DNA of 42,762 bases, taken from positions 1 to 42,762 of IMG/VR virus record IMGVR_UViG_3300048891_000039; one strand, written 5' to 3'. The stretch is from a virus. Lineage: Duplodnaviria > Caudoviricetes. Below, one piece after another: positions 18,296 to 27,255 of this stretch. The notes under the pieces are model-generated. The model saw nothing but the letters and a program-made list of their open reading frames with translations. It ran no database searches and was not told where the DNA came from. Positions within the stretch are counted from its first letter, which is position 1, and each line of letters starts with the position of its first letter. The translations under genes and the position numbers were made by a program.

Positions 18296-18751
18296 CTAGT
18301 AGGCGCCGGCGCCGAGGTCTTTGTTGATCATATACTCGTAACCTTTCAGCAGCGTAGCCAGCGTGATCGCGCTGCAATCCCATGCCGACGCACCCTCCAC
18401 CGGCTGGTTATTGAAGTCGAGCGCAGCCATCGGACCGGGCGACACGTTGATGAAGTGCGTGTTTGCGGTGCCGTGGTTGATCGCCGCCTTCTGCTTCTTC
18501 GTCAGCTTGACGTACTTGCCGATATCGCCGACCTGGTCGAGCGGCTGGAACCGCCCGATGATGGCGCGCGCCGCTCGCGTGTGATCCGCATCCTGCTGCC
18601 CCCAGGCCGACAGCTGGGCAACTGCCTCGGCATGGGCGCACGTCGCAACGGACGCGGTATTGGCCGTGGGCTTGCTGCCCTTGATGATTCCGTCCTTGGT
18701 CCACTTCGTGACCATCGTTGGTGAAAAAGCAAATTTGAGGTGACCCTTCAT
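18296..18751 (-). CDS. Orphan accessory (moron-like) protein, 151 aa
   Basis: AGGAGAG RBS; Lys/Asn-rich compared with neighbours; palindrome upstream and terminators downstream. Confidence 0.75.
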   Translation of the reverse strand: MKGHLKFAFSPTMVTKWTKDGIIKGSKPTANTASVATCAHAEAVAQLSAWGQQDADHTRAARAIIGRFQPLDQVGDIGKYVKLTKKQKAAINHGTANTHFINVSPGPMAALDFNNQPVEGASAWDCSAITLATLLKGYEYMINKDLGAGAY

Positions 18752-18769
18752 CTGTACTCTCCTGCCACA

Positions 18770-18788
18770 TGACGCAACAGCTGCGTCA
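18770..18788. promoter_or_regulatory. Palindrome TGACGCA-N5-TGCGTCA (operator or RNA hairpin)
   Basis: Perfect 7-bp inverted repeat in the 47-bp gap upstream of the orphan gene. Confidence 0.5.
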
Positions 18789-18798
18789 ATTCAAATCG

Positions 18799-19572
18799 CT
18801 AGGGCTCGGGCACCGCGACCATCATGCAGCCGCAGTTGATCGTGTTGAACGCGCTGGCGTTCGGATCGCGCGGGTAGCGCAGCTGCTCGGTCTCGCCGGT
18901 GCGCAGATCCACGATGTCGAAGGGCTGGGCGACCGGAATCGGATCGGCAAGCGTCTGCTGCGCGCACAGCACATGGCCCGGCCGTGGGTGCGCCTTGCCG
19001 CTATGCACCCAGCGCTTGCGCAAGCCCGGCCGGCGCGCGAGCTTGGCGAGCATCGTTTCGTACTGCGCCGCCGAATAGGCGCGGCCGATCTCGGTGTAGG
19101 CGATGGTCATGGCCCGGCGCCGCGGCGCGCCGCCCAGGATGTCCTGGATGTCGCTGATCGTGTCGGCCATCGAGCGCACGCCGAGGATCTCCTGCGTCAG
19201 CGCCGTGTTGATCTGCTTGATCGCCTCGCGGGTGATGTCCGCGATCTTGTGCGTCATGAACTGCTCGATCGACAGCAGCATGCGTTCGCTGATGCGCGGC
19301 GCCAGGCCAACGTCGCCGAGCTGCTCGCCGACGATCTCGATGCCGCCGGTCCACACCTCGCCGGCCGCGTCGCGCATCGCCTGGTCGGTGGCGTTCTGGA
19401 ACACGGCGAGCACGCGCGAGATCTCCGCGCGCTGCCGATTGAGCCGGCGCGCGGCGTCGGCCGACGTCACGCCCTGCAGGGCTTCATCGATCAGATCCTG
19501 CGCGATCTTCAGCTGCTTGAGGATTTCCAGCAGCAGCGCGCGCCGGATCGACGGCAATGGCTGGGTCGCCAT
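18799..19572 (-). CDS. Head morphogenesis protein (Mu gpF/SPP1 gp7 family), 257 aa
   Basis: RAMTIAYTE..KRWVHSG..RPGH..LRYPRDP...NTINCGC; follows the portal. Confidence 0.88.
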   Translation of the reverse strand: MATQPLPSIRRALLLEILKQLKIAQDLIDEALQGVTSADAARRLNRQRAEISRVLAVFQNATDQAMRDAAGEVWTGGIEIVGEQLGDVGLAPRISERMLLSIEQFMTHKIADITREAIKQINTALTQEILGVRSMADTISDIQDILGGAPRRRAMTIAYTEIGRAYSAAQYETMLAKLARRPGLRKRWVHSGKAHPRPGHVLCAQQTLADPIPVAQPFDIVDLRTGETEQLRYPRDPNASAFNTINCGCMMVAVPEP

Positions 19573-19579
19573 CGCTCAC

Positions 19580-21112
19580 CTACGCCGCCGCGGCGGCCGG
19601 CGCTTTTTTCTTCTGCGCGCCTACCGGCGGCGGCGGCGGTGTGAGATCGCCGTTGAGATCCACGCCATCCAGGTTGTCGCCTCCCCGCGCAGCCAGCTCG
19701 GCCTGGGCAGCCGCCAGCTCCTGCTCGACGTCGATCTCCACGCCCAGGCGGATCGCCATCGCCGAGATGATGCGCAGCGACGTCTCTCGCGTCAGCAAAC
19801 CCTCTTGCATGGCGATCGCGCACGCCGCGGTCACCTGCTGGATCGCCGCCGCATAGCTGGTCGTGTCCTTCGCGGTCAGCTCCGGCCATTCGACCACCAG
19901 CGAATCCATGATCTCCATCTGCTTGTCGCTCAGCGTACCCTCGTCGTCGATCTTCCACAGCTTGCGCACGACGTACTTGGCGACTGATTCGAGCATGTAG
20001 CCGATGTAAGTGCGCCGCATCAACATCCGCTTCTCGGTCGGCTCGGTCATGCTGTCGCCGGTCGCGCGGTTCACGTTCTCCGCGCCGCCGAACCAGTGCT
20101 CCGGCAGCACGGCGCCGCCCAGCATGTGATTGCGGAACAGGCGCGCGGTGTTGACCGTATCGGCCGAATTGAGCTCCGGCGCCTCGGCCTTCCAGGTTTC
20201 GTTTTCGTTGTGCACGCGCACGGCGCCCGGCCGCGGCGCGGTGATCTTCTTCGCCTTCTCGGTAACTTCGTCCGGCGATGCGCCGGTCAGCGTCACGTCC
20301 CACATATAGGCGCGCAGGCCGAGCGTGCGGTCGACCTCGCCGAACAGGAACTGATCGTAGGCGTCGAGCCAGTCCATCTGCGCGAGCAAGTCGCTGCGGC
20401 CGCGCGTCGCGCTGCTGAGCTCGTTCACGCGGAAGTAGAAGCACTCGCCATCGGTGAACGTCGTGCGGATCTGCTGCGCCGTCTCGGCGAATGCCGTTTC
20501 CGGCTCATTGATGATTACGCGGTAGCGCTTGGCCACGCCCTTGCGATTGCGGCGCGTGACGATGCCGATCGGCTGCTCGCGATTGTCCGGATCGGTCACG
20601 ACGGTTTCGATCAGCGACGGATCGAGGTAGCCGATGCGCACGAAGCCGCTGGTAGCGTCGACGAATGTCGGATAGCACTGCTCGCCGAACATCGCCAGCT
20701 CGCGCACCTTCTTCGGCAATTTCAGCGGCCAGTTGTTGATGCCATCCTTCCAGTGCCGCTCGATCGCTTTCTGCGCCTCGTCGTCCTTGATGCGGATCTG
20801 CACGCCGTTCGCCAGCATGTAGGCGATCGGCGTCTCGATGATGAAGTTCGCCAGCAGGTTCGTCTCCCACTGGAAGTGCGCCAGGCGCTGCATGCGTTCG
20901 TGCGTCAGCGGCGCCAGATCCCGCTGGCCGTCGCCGGTGAGCCGACGCCAGCCGGCTTCATCGTCCTCGATCGTCTGCCCTGCCGCCTCGCGTAAAACGG
21001 CCGGCGCCGGCGCCGCCGCAACGGCGCGCTCGGCGGCCTCGGCTGCACGCGCCAGCTCGGCCTGCGCCAGCGGGCTGTCAAACCAGTTTTTTGCGCCGTT
21101 CGATGCGTTCAC
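19580..21112 (-). CDS. Portal protein, about 510 aa
   Basis: Between terminase and gpF; RELAMFGE, RGRSDL and LPEHWFG..NRAT motifs; GTG start chosen from a GGAG RBS. Confidence 0.85.
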   Translation of the reverse strand: MNASNGAKNWFDSPLAQAELARAAEAAERAVAAAPAPAVLREAAGQTIEDDEAGWRRLTGDGQRDLAPLTHERMQRLAHFQWETNLLANFIIETPIAYMLANGVQIRIKDDEAQKAIERHWKDGINNWPLKLPKKVRELAMFGEQCYPTFVDATSGFVRIGYLDPSLIETVVTDPDNREQPIGIVTRRNRKGVAKRYRVIINEPETAFAETAQQIRTTFTDGECFYFRVNELSSATRGRSDLLAQMDWLDAYDQFLFGEVDRTLGLRAYMWDVTLTGASPDEVTEKAKKITAPRPGAVRVHNENETWKAEAPELNSADTVNTARLFRNHMLGGAVLPEHWFGGAENVNRATGDSMTEPTEKRMLMRRTYIGYMLESVAKYVVRKLWKIDDEGTLSDKQMEIMDSLVVEWPELTAKDTTSYAAAIQQVTAACAIAMQEGLLTRETSLRIISAMAIRLGVEIDVEQELAAAQAELAARGGDNLDGVDLNGDLTPPPPPVGAQKKKAPAAAAA

Positions 21113-21209
21113 GGTGTTGCGCTCCAGAAAAAGGGCTTCAATCGGGGCAAATCCCGCACAGGACTTTTCGCAAAATGAGACGAAAAGAATTCGCGGGGCA
21201 TTGCGGCTC

Positions 21210-22646
21210 TCACGGGGTCGATCGCGACGTGGCGCGTCCTGTGCGGTTTTCGTCTCGGAGGAACATTTGCCCCCGCGGACGGCCGCGCATCGCGTCGGGG
21301 ATCGCGTCGGCTGGATCGGCGTCGACGGTGGCGCCGGCCGATGGCTGCAGCTGCGACTCGGCGGCATGCAGCGCAAGCATGTGCGCCCAGAACTCGTCCG
21401 CGTGGCCGGCTTCGTTCCGGTCGGCATCGAAGCGCGGGTTGCCGGCGATCGTCGTCACGCGCCGCACGGCATGGTGGCTCTCGCGAATATCGCGCGTCTG
21501 CGGGATGCGCACGCGCTTGTCCTCGAACATCTGCTTGCCGTGCGTGGCCAGGTGCTGCTTGGTCTCGCCGGTGAACGTCACGCCCTCGACGCGGTATTGG
21601 CCCCAGCGGCGCTGCGCCTCCTCGACGATCGGCATGCCCAGGCCCGTCTTATCGATGCAGGCGCGGCGCACGTTGAAGAACTTCATCAGCGCATCGAACG
21701 CGTCGAGCTGCTCGGCGAAGCTGGTGCGGCGGAACGTGCGCACCTGGCGGGTCATCATCACGTCGCCGACCTTCTCGTCGACCCACATGACCGACTTGTC
21801 CGTCGTGCGTGCGACGTCCCAGCCGAGGAAGCACACGCCGCCCGCGTATTTCGCGACATCGCCGGCGTCAGGCGATTCGCACGCAACGATCAGCTCCCAC
21901 GGCAACCAGGCCGACGCTTCGTCGATCGGATTGCACATGTATTCCTGCTGCCAGGTGTCTTCATCGCCGCAGGCTTCGCGCTCGGCGTCAATCCACGCCT
22001 GGCGTTCGGCCTGCGTGAGCTTGCGGCCGAGGATGCGATCGGCCAGGCCATCGTTCACGGCGTCGATCAGCGTCGTCGTGTGCAGGCTCCACGTCGGCTT
22101 GCGCCCTTCGGCAATCGCTTTCTTCGCATCGCTCACCATGCGGTAGTAGCGATTGCCCTTGCCGTTGTAGGTGCTGATGATCCGCACCGGGTAGCCCCAT
22201 GTGATGATCGGGCGCGCGGCCTTCCACATCGCTTCCTGGTCGGCATGGAACGCGAACTCGTCGAGCACCAGCTTGCCGCCCTTCGAGCGGAACGCTTTCG
22301 GATTCGACGACAGCGCGTTGATGCGCCGGCCGGTCGCGAACTGCACCGTCAGCGCCTTGATGTCATCGTTCTTGCTGATCACCGTCTCGCCCAGGTCCTG
22401 CGCGGCGATGTTCAAGATGCGCGCCCACTGCGCGACGTAGAGGATGTATTCCTTCGCCGCGCTCTCGTCGGCCGAGGAGAACCACACGTCGAGCGGCTTG
22501 TCCGCGCGCGCGGCGTCGAGCGTGTCCTCGTAGCTCTGCACGTAGGACATACCGATGCGGCGCGACTTTTCGTCGATCTTGTAGCGCGACTGGTCCTGCA
22601 GCCAGCGCACCTGGTACGGCATGAAGTAGGTGGAGAGCGCTGTCAT
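21210..22646 (-). CDS. terL: Terminase large subunit (Mu gp28-like), 478 aa
   Basis: PYQ, KSRRIGMS (Walker A), LVLDEFAFH (Walker B), IIST.NG; nuclease motifs GWDVAR, IDKTGLG, HADEFWA. Confidence 0.95.
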   Translation of the reverse strand: MTALSTYFMPYQVRWLQDQSRYKIDEKSRRIGMSYVQSYEDTLDAARADKPLDVWFSSADESAAKEYILYVAQWARILNIAAQDLGETVISKNDDIKALTVQFATGRRINALSSNPKAFRSKGGKLVLDEFAFHADQEAMWKAARPIITWGYPVRIISTYNGKGNRYYRMVSDAKKAIAEGRKPTWSLHTTTLIDAVNDGLADRILGRKLTQAERQAWIDAEREACGDEDTWQQEYMCNPIDEASAWLPWELIVACESPDAGDVAKYAGGVCFLGWDVARTTDKSVMWVDEKVGDVMMTRQVRTFRRTSFAEQLDAFDALMKFFNVRRACIDKTGLGMPIVEEAQRRWGQYRVEGVTFTGETKQHLATHGKQMFEDKRVRIPQTRDIRESHHAVRRVTTIAGNPRFDADRNEAGHADEFWAHMLALHAAESQLQPSAGATVDADPADAIPDAMRGRPRGQMFLRDENRTGRATSRSTP

Positions 22647-22900
22647 TGGAGCGACGGCAGATCATCGTAAAGTTCGAGAGGCAGCTGCTTGCCGTCTTCC
22701 AACGCGCAGCGGAACCGATGGATGCCGTCGACCGGCACGCCTTCGCCCTCACATCGAATCCAAAGCGCGACCGACTCGGCATTGGGAATCTGCCCGAGCC
22801 ATTTGCATGCCTCCTGCGATGCGGTGCGATAGCGGTGCAGCGCGAACATCTCGTCGCGCGCGATCTTCCATTTCAGCCACTGGCGAATCGCGCGGATCAC
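22643..22900 (-). CDS. Hypothetical protein, 85 aa
   Basis: Four-base overlaps with both terminase genes. Confidence 0.7.
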   Translation of the reverse strand: MIRAIRQWLKWKIARDEMFALHRYRTASQEACKWLGQIPNAESVALWIRCEGEGVPVDGIHRFRCALEDGKQLPLELYDDLPSLQ

Positions 22901-23454
22901 AGCAGTCGCAGCTCGCGCTGAATCTCATCGATCGACGCCTGCGACAATCCGAGACGGCTGCCGACCTCGCCGGTCTTCTCGGCCGCTGCTTCTGCAAACA
23001 TCTTGCGGTCGCGCAAGCGACGCTCGCTGCTCTTCTTCGCGCTGTTCTCGATCGACTCGAGCGCCTTGGCGAACAGCATCAGATCCATCGCGCCGAGTTT
23101 CTTCGCCGGCTTGGCGCCCGGTTCGGGCTCCTGCAGCTGCTGCTCGGCGACCTGGTCGAGCGTCGTGAATGCGATGCCGGTGAGCATCTGCGACAGCAAT
23201 GTCGCCACGTCGCCTTTCGAGTTCTCTCCCAGCTCGGTTACCCAACGGCCGGCAACTTCCTGCGCTTCGCGATAGCGCTGCATCTGTTCGCGCGCGCTCT
23301 TCACGTAGCGGCCGACCGCCGACTTCGACACATCGGCGTCGAGCTCGTTGAGCTTGTCCGTGATCTCGTGGATCGTCTTGCCTTCGCGGATCAGGCGATG
23401 GCAGATGTCCGCGAGCTCGCGCGGTAGCTTGGCAATGGTGGAGCGCGCGGCCAT
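22897..23454 (-). CDS. terS: Terminase small subunit (DUF3486/Mu gp27-like), 185 aa
   Basis: RSTIAKLP...VSKSAVGRY N-terminal HTH and GLS...I..I...L C-terminus. Confidence 0.88.
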   Translation of the reverse strand: MAARSTIAKLPRELADICHRLIREGKTIHEITDKLNELDADVSKSAVGRYVKSAREQMQRYREAQEVAGRWVTELGENSKGDVATLLSQMLTGIAFTTLDQVAEQQLQEPEPGAKPAKKLGAMDLMLFAKALESIENSAKKSSERRLRDRKMFAEAAAEKTGEVGSRLGLSQASIDEIQRELRLL

Positions 23455-23567
23455 TACCAGTGCTTTGCTACATAGACGATCACGCCGACGACAATGGCGA
23501 CGCCGACGATAGCCTTCAGCACGACCGAAATTACCATCGCGCGGAACGCGCGTTCGATATCGCTCAT
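23454..23567 (-). CDS. Small single-pass membrane protein, 37 aa (below the ORF-track cutoff)
   Basis: MSDIERAFRAMVISVVLKAIVGVAIVVGVIVYVAKHW; GAGG RBS; TAATG overlap with terS. Confidence 0.7.
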   Translation of the reverse strand: MSDIERAFRAMVISVVLKAIVGVAIVVGVIVYVAKHW

Positions 23568-23571
23568 GGCC

Positions 23572-23865
23572 TCAATCCTCGATGAACTGGATGCCGGGGA
23601 AGTCCAGGTCTCCGGTCGTGATGTCGCGACCGCGCGGCGTGATCTTCACGAACTGCACGCCGCTGACATCGCGCGTCTGCACCAGGCCGTGGCGCGAGAG
23701 CCAATGCACGTCGACGGCGTGCGTGTCTTCATCGGTCTTGTAGCCGAAGTCGCGCAGCGTCTGGCGCAGCAGCGGCGCGGACATGCCGGCATCGTTGCTC
23801 GCGCGCAGCAGCTTCAGGATGCGGCCGCGGCGATAGGGCATGGTCTGTTCGTTCAAGCTGTTCAC
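23572..23865 (-). CDS. Mu gp26-like winged-helix protein, 97 aa
   Basis: RR.RILKLL...WL..HGLV....ITPRGRD...G....PGI pattern and position before terS. Confidence 0.78.
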   Translation of the reverse strand: MNSLNEQTMPYRRGRILKLLRASNDAGMSAPLLRQTLRDFGYKTDEDTHAVDVHWLSRHGLVQTRDVSGVQFVKITPRGRDITTGDLDFPGIQFIED

Positions 23866-24359
23866 GGACGTTCACTCCGGCGTAGGGCGAGGTTGTCTTG
23901 CACCAGGCGCTGCAGCACTTTCAGCTGCTCGCCGAGTCCCCGGTTTTCGGCTGTCGATTGCGCGCGCGCCGCGGCCAGCTCTTCGGCCACCGTGTTGATG
24001 CGCGTGTGCAGCGCGCCCAGGTCGCGCGGTCGCAGCACATGCTTCTCTTCGTTCTCCTGGTGCGATTCGAGCCGGGCGATGTCTTCCCGGATGCTCTCGA
24101 CCTGTCCCTGCCTTTCGCTCTGCACGGACTCGATGCGCTTGACGCCTGCGCTCACGTCGCCCAGCGTGCGGTGCATTCCGGAGACCGTTTGGCGTAGCTG
24201 CGCGATCGAGCGGTCGCTGTGATCCTTGACCGCGATATCGCCGTCGACGATGGCCTTCTTCGCCGCGCGCCAGATCCGCAAGCAGATGATGGCCGCGCCG
24301 ATCGAGGCGACGCCCGCGATCAAAGTGACAACCGCAGTCCAGTCCGTTTCATGCCCCAT
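23862..24359 (-). CDS. N-anchored coiled-coil protein (Mu gp25/DUF2730-like position), 165 aa
   Basis: N-terminal hydrophobic helix plus coiled coil; gene order. Confidence 0.6.
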   Translation of the reverse strand: MGHETDWTAVVTLIAGVASIGAAIICLRIWRAAKKAIVDGDIAVKDHSDRSIAQLRQTVSGMHRTLGDVSAGVKRIESVQSERQGQVESIREDIARLESHQENEEKHVLRPRDLGALHTRINTVAEELAAARAQSTAENRGLGEQLKVLQRLVQDNLALRRSERP

Positions 24360-24552
24360 TGCGCCGCACCTTCGAGATCTCGTCTTTCAACTCGGTCGCG
24401 CACACCCGCTTGATGCGCGCGTGAATCCTCAGCAAACGACGCTCCATGTCGTTCAGATCGTTCTTGCCGTCAGCTTGCCTTTCGTACCCGGACGCCTCGC
24501 GCTCCCAACGCAACGCCATCTGGTGCAGCGGCGTATCCCGCTCAGCCGTCAT
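24349..24552 (-). CDS. Hypothetical protein, 67 aa
   Basis: Fills the gap with short overlaps on both sides. Confidence 0.6.
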   Translation of the reverse strand: MTAERDTPLHQMALRWEREASGYERQADGKNDLNDMERRLLRIHARIKRVCATELKDEISKVRRNGA

Positions 24553-25081
24553 CGCTTACGGGGCCGAGCGAGCGCAGCTGCGTCTTGTCGGCATCGCACT
24601 CGCCCAGGGCGTTGCGATAGCCGAGCTTGATTTCGTTCAACTGCTCGTTGCAGAACTCGCGGTGCCCGTTGCCGTTCTGATCCGCGCGCCAGCAGGCGGG
24701 GTCCGGCTCGACATACGTGCACGGCTGCACCAGCTTCTTCGGCAGCGGTGCGCGCTGGTATTTCGGCACCTCGACGGTTTCGGTCTTCACCACCGTGCGC
24801 GTGGGCAGCAGATCGCAGCCGGTGGCGAGCAGCATGAACAACACGACGAAGACCGCGATAAGGATTTTCCGGAAGGTGAGACGTTGCACTCGCGCCGACT
24901 CGTAGAGGTAGCCGGCAACGCCCAGGCCAATAACCAGGCCGATGAGCATGTGGCCGGAATGGCCCGCGAAATCGGGAGGCGTGGTAACGCTGCAGCCGGC
25001 CAAGCAGAGCAGCAGTATTGCAGCCGCGAAGATCGCGAGGGCAGCGCAGATGACGCTCGTGACGTAGGCGCCAATTTTCAT
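24542..25081 (-). CDS. Putative o-spanin lipoprotein (Rz1-like) with N-terminal membrane extension, 179 aa
   Basis: Lipoboxes LAGC and LATGC; Pro-rich VEVP..PLPKKLVQPC segment and C-terminal C..DK; follows the i-spanin. Confidence 0.7.
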   Translation of the reverse strand: MKIGAYVTSVICAALAIFAAAILLLCLAGCSVTTPPDFAGHSGHMLIGLVIGLGVAGYLYESARVQRLTFRKILIAVFVVLFMLLATGCDLLPTRTVVKTETVEVPKYQRAPLPKKLVQPCTYVEPDPACWRADQNGNGHREFCNEQLNEIKLGYRNALGECDADKTQLRSLGPVSDDG

Positions 25082-25194
25082 AGCGAATTCACCCAGCACA
25101 GCGTCACCGCGGTGAGAACGATCACGATCACGATGGCCGCGGCCACGGCGCCGGCAGAATCGCGCTCGTCTTTCTGCTCATCGATGTCGCTCAC
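25078..25194 (-). CDS. Small membrane protein, 38 aa
   Basis: GTGA and ATGA overlaps with both neighbours; MSDIDEQKDERDSAGAVAAAIVIVIVLTAVTLCWVNSL. Confidence 0.6.
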   Translation of the reverse strand: MSDIDEQKDERDSAGAVAAAIVIVIVLTAVTLCWVNSL

Positions 25195-25535
25195 GGGAAG
25201 CTCCCGCACGCGGCTTCTTTCGCCCACTGCTTGCACTCCTCGCTGCTCATCGTCTGCTTGAGCGCGCGCAGTGCGGCCTCGTAGGTGTCCTTCGCCTTGG
25301 CGGCGACTGCTTCGCGGTCCTTGAGCGCCTTCACCTGGGCGACCTGGTCGACGGTCTGATTCGTCTCGCATTGCGCCAGGCTCATCTTGAGCGCGGTGAT
25401 CGTCTTGCCGTTGGAGTCGTTCGCATCCTTCTCCTTCGACAGATCCACGGCCTGGGCAAGAGTGCCCGCGTGGTAGGCCATGTAGTGGCTACCGCCGAGC
25501 GCCAGGACGATCGCCGCGACCAGGAGGGTTTTCAC
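25191..25535 (-). CDS. Putative i-spanin (Rz-like), 114 aa
   Basis: N-terminal TM, coiled coil, C-terminal C..WA; directly after the endolysin. Confidence 0.75.
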   Translation of the reverse strand: MKTLLVAAIVLALGGSHYMAYHAGTLAQAVDLSKEKDANDSNGKTITALKMSLAQCETNQTVDQVAQVKALKDREAVAAKAKDTYEAALRALKQTMSSEECKQWAKEAACGSFP

Positions 25536-26251
25536 GTGCAGACCTTCTGCCCTGGCCAGCCCGCCGCGATGTACGCAGGCTCGAACTTGAGCAGGATCTG
25601 CGACACGTAGTTGCGGTTCTCGGTGCGCGCGGAGGTGGAACGCGCCGAAGCGCGCTCCACGTTACCGAACCATCTATCAGAATCGAGCCCGGCGCTCGAC
25701 GCTCGGGCGCGATCGCGGCTCACCCAGCCCAGGCCGCCGTTGTAGGCGGACAAGGTGAAGGCCCACTGATCGCACGGCGTGGCGCTGGCGGCGACATGCT
25801 CGTGCAGGTAGTGGTCGTAGCACGTGACGGCGCGCACGCTCCAGTTCGGGTCCCAGGCATCGGGTGGACCGATGTCGGGGCAGATCGAGCGCATCCATTC
25901 GGCCGTGTCCGGCGTGAACTCGGCCATGCCCTGCGCATAGGCGCTATGCGCGTCGGCACGCCAGCGGCTTTCCGCGTGCACCTGGGCGCCAATGCGCGCG
26001 ACCGGATCGGCCGAGCCGAAGCGCGAGATCGCCTCGCGCTGCAGCTTGAACCGATACAGGTAAGCCGTCTGCGGAATGGTCACCGGCTCATTGACCTGGT
26101 TGATCGGATAGAAGTCGGCAGTCGCCGCCGGCGCGGCGAGATCCGCGGAATGAGCGTGGCCACAAAAGGCCAGACCAAAAAGCAGCACGACTACGATGCC
26201 GATGCCATAGACCGCTCGCTTTTGCTTCGATGTGAGATCGTTGAATTTCAC
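25532..26251 (-). CDS. Endolysin, SLT lytic transglycosylase with N-terminal signal/anchor, 239 aa
   Basis: QVHAES, AQGMAEFTPDTA, AYNGGLGW and ENRNYV motifs; GTGA-coupled to the holin. Confidence 0.92.
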   Translation of the reverse strand: MKFNDLTSKQKRAVYGIGIVVVLLFGLAFCGHAHSADLAAPAATADFYPINQVNEPVTIPQTAYLYRFKLQREAISRFGSADPVARIGAQVHAESRWRADAHSAYAQGMAEFTPDTAEWMRSICPDIGPPDAWDPNWSVRAVTCYDHYLHEHVAASATPCDQWAFTLSAYNGGLGWVSRDRARASSAGLDSDRWFGNVERASARSTSARTENRNYVSQILLKFEPAYIAAGWPGQKVCT

Positions 26252-26625
26252 TGGAACAAACCTCCTGCAATGAGAAGCGCGGACACGATGAACGCACGGC
26301 GCTTCTCGGATGCCATGCGCTCGATATCCTGCAGTTGGCTCGGGCGGGAGTTCGGATGCAGCAAGCGATCGATCCAGTAGCCCAGGTAGGCCAGCATCGT
26401 TTCCTTGCAGATCAGCCAGGCGAGCAGCCCGACCTTCACCTTGTCGGTGGTGGGCACCAGCGGGTTCGGGATCGCGACGACCCACAGGGCGGCGAAGCCG
26501 AGCAGCAGCAGCGACACGACGCGCAAGCGGTCGCGCACGGCGGTCGTGATCGGGTGGGAATAGAAAGCCGCGAAGAAAGCTGCGAAGCGCGCGGCGAGAA
26601 GCGAGAATTTCGAGGGAGTGTTCAT
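26248..26625 (-). CDS. Putative holin, 125 aa
   Basis: About three hydrophobic helices; LGYWIDR.L.P..RP...RRA.IV motif of the putative holins of Mu-like phages; first late gene. Confidence 0.85.
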   Translation of the reverse strand: MNTPSKFSLLAARFAAFFAAFYSHPITTAVRDRLRVVSLLLLGFAALWVVAIPNPLVPTTDKVKVGLLAWLICKETMLAYLGYWIDRLLHPNSRPSQLQDIERMASEKRRAFIVSALLIAGGLFQ

Positions 26626-26632
26626 GCCGCGA

Positions 26633-26676
26633 AGGTTGCGGCATGAACCCTTGGTGAGTCCTTTAACGGACGCTAA
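26633..26676 (-). promoter_or_regulatory. Putative late promoter (lysis-packaging operon)
   Basis: 22/29 identity to 18150-18178; TTAA-N6-CTAA dyad; CAACCT -10-like hexamer 7 nt before the holin ATG. Confidence 0.7.
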
Positions 26677-26742
26677 TCAAGCCGCATTGCGCGGCTCGAA
26701 GACTACATCCTAGCAGGAGAATCAAAGACCGGCGAGCCTTCG

Positions 26743-27255
26743 TCAGTCAGCCGGTTTCGCAGGTCGCATGCTATCCAGTTTCTGGAACATCTGGTTGAGA
26801 TCGTAGTGCTCGCTGTTCTTTAAGGTAAAGGCGTCATTGCATATTTCATATTCAATCTTGTCGGCGTGACCGATTGCGCGCAACTTCTCTTCCGAGACAC
26901 CCAGCGTGACTATTTCTTCGATCACCATGCCGCCGCCGTTGCCGACTTCGCCATCGTGTTTTGTGTCCGGCATCTCTAACGGCTTGCCGTCCAACAACCA
27001 ATGCATGCTATGGCAGCGCAGATACTTCCAGCCATTTTGGATCGATACGAACATGATGATAAAGCCGCCAGGAACAGTGCCATCCGGCTTCACTTTTCCC
27101 GTTACGAACAGATCTTGCGATCCCACGCCAGATGGCTTCGTGGTCAGCGAAATCGTCGTTTCGCCTGTGAAGCGATCGCTCTCGGTTTTCACCTCCCCAT
27201 AGGCAGACGCGGCGAAGAAAAAGGACGATAAAAGTATAAAAAGCCCAGTTCTCAT
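26743..27255 (-). CDS. Exported accessory protein in the repressor operon, 170 aa
   Basis: Sec signal peptide (MRTGLFILLSSFFFAASAYG), SDRFTG motif, two Cys; lower GC than the late genes. Confidence 0.8.
   Translation of the reverse strand: MRTGLFILLSSFFFAASAYGEVKTESDRFTGETTISLTTKPSGVGSQDLFVTGKVKPDGTVPGGFIIMFVSIQNGWKYLRCHSMHWLLDGKPLEMPDTKHDGEVGNGGGMVIEEIVTLGVSEEKLRAIGHADKIEYEICNDAFTLKNSEHYDLNQMFQKLDSMRPAKPAD

Noticed and set aside
20838-22670. 610-aa + strand ORF
   Set aside because: Antisense shadow of terL and portal
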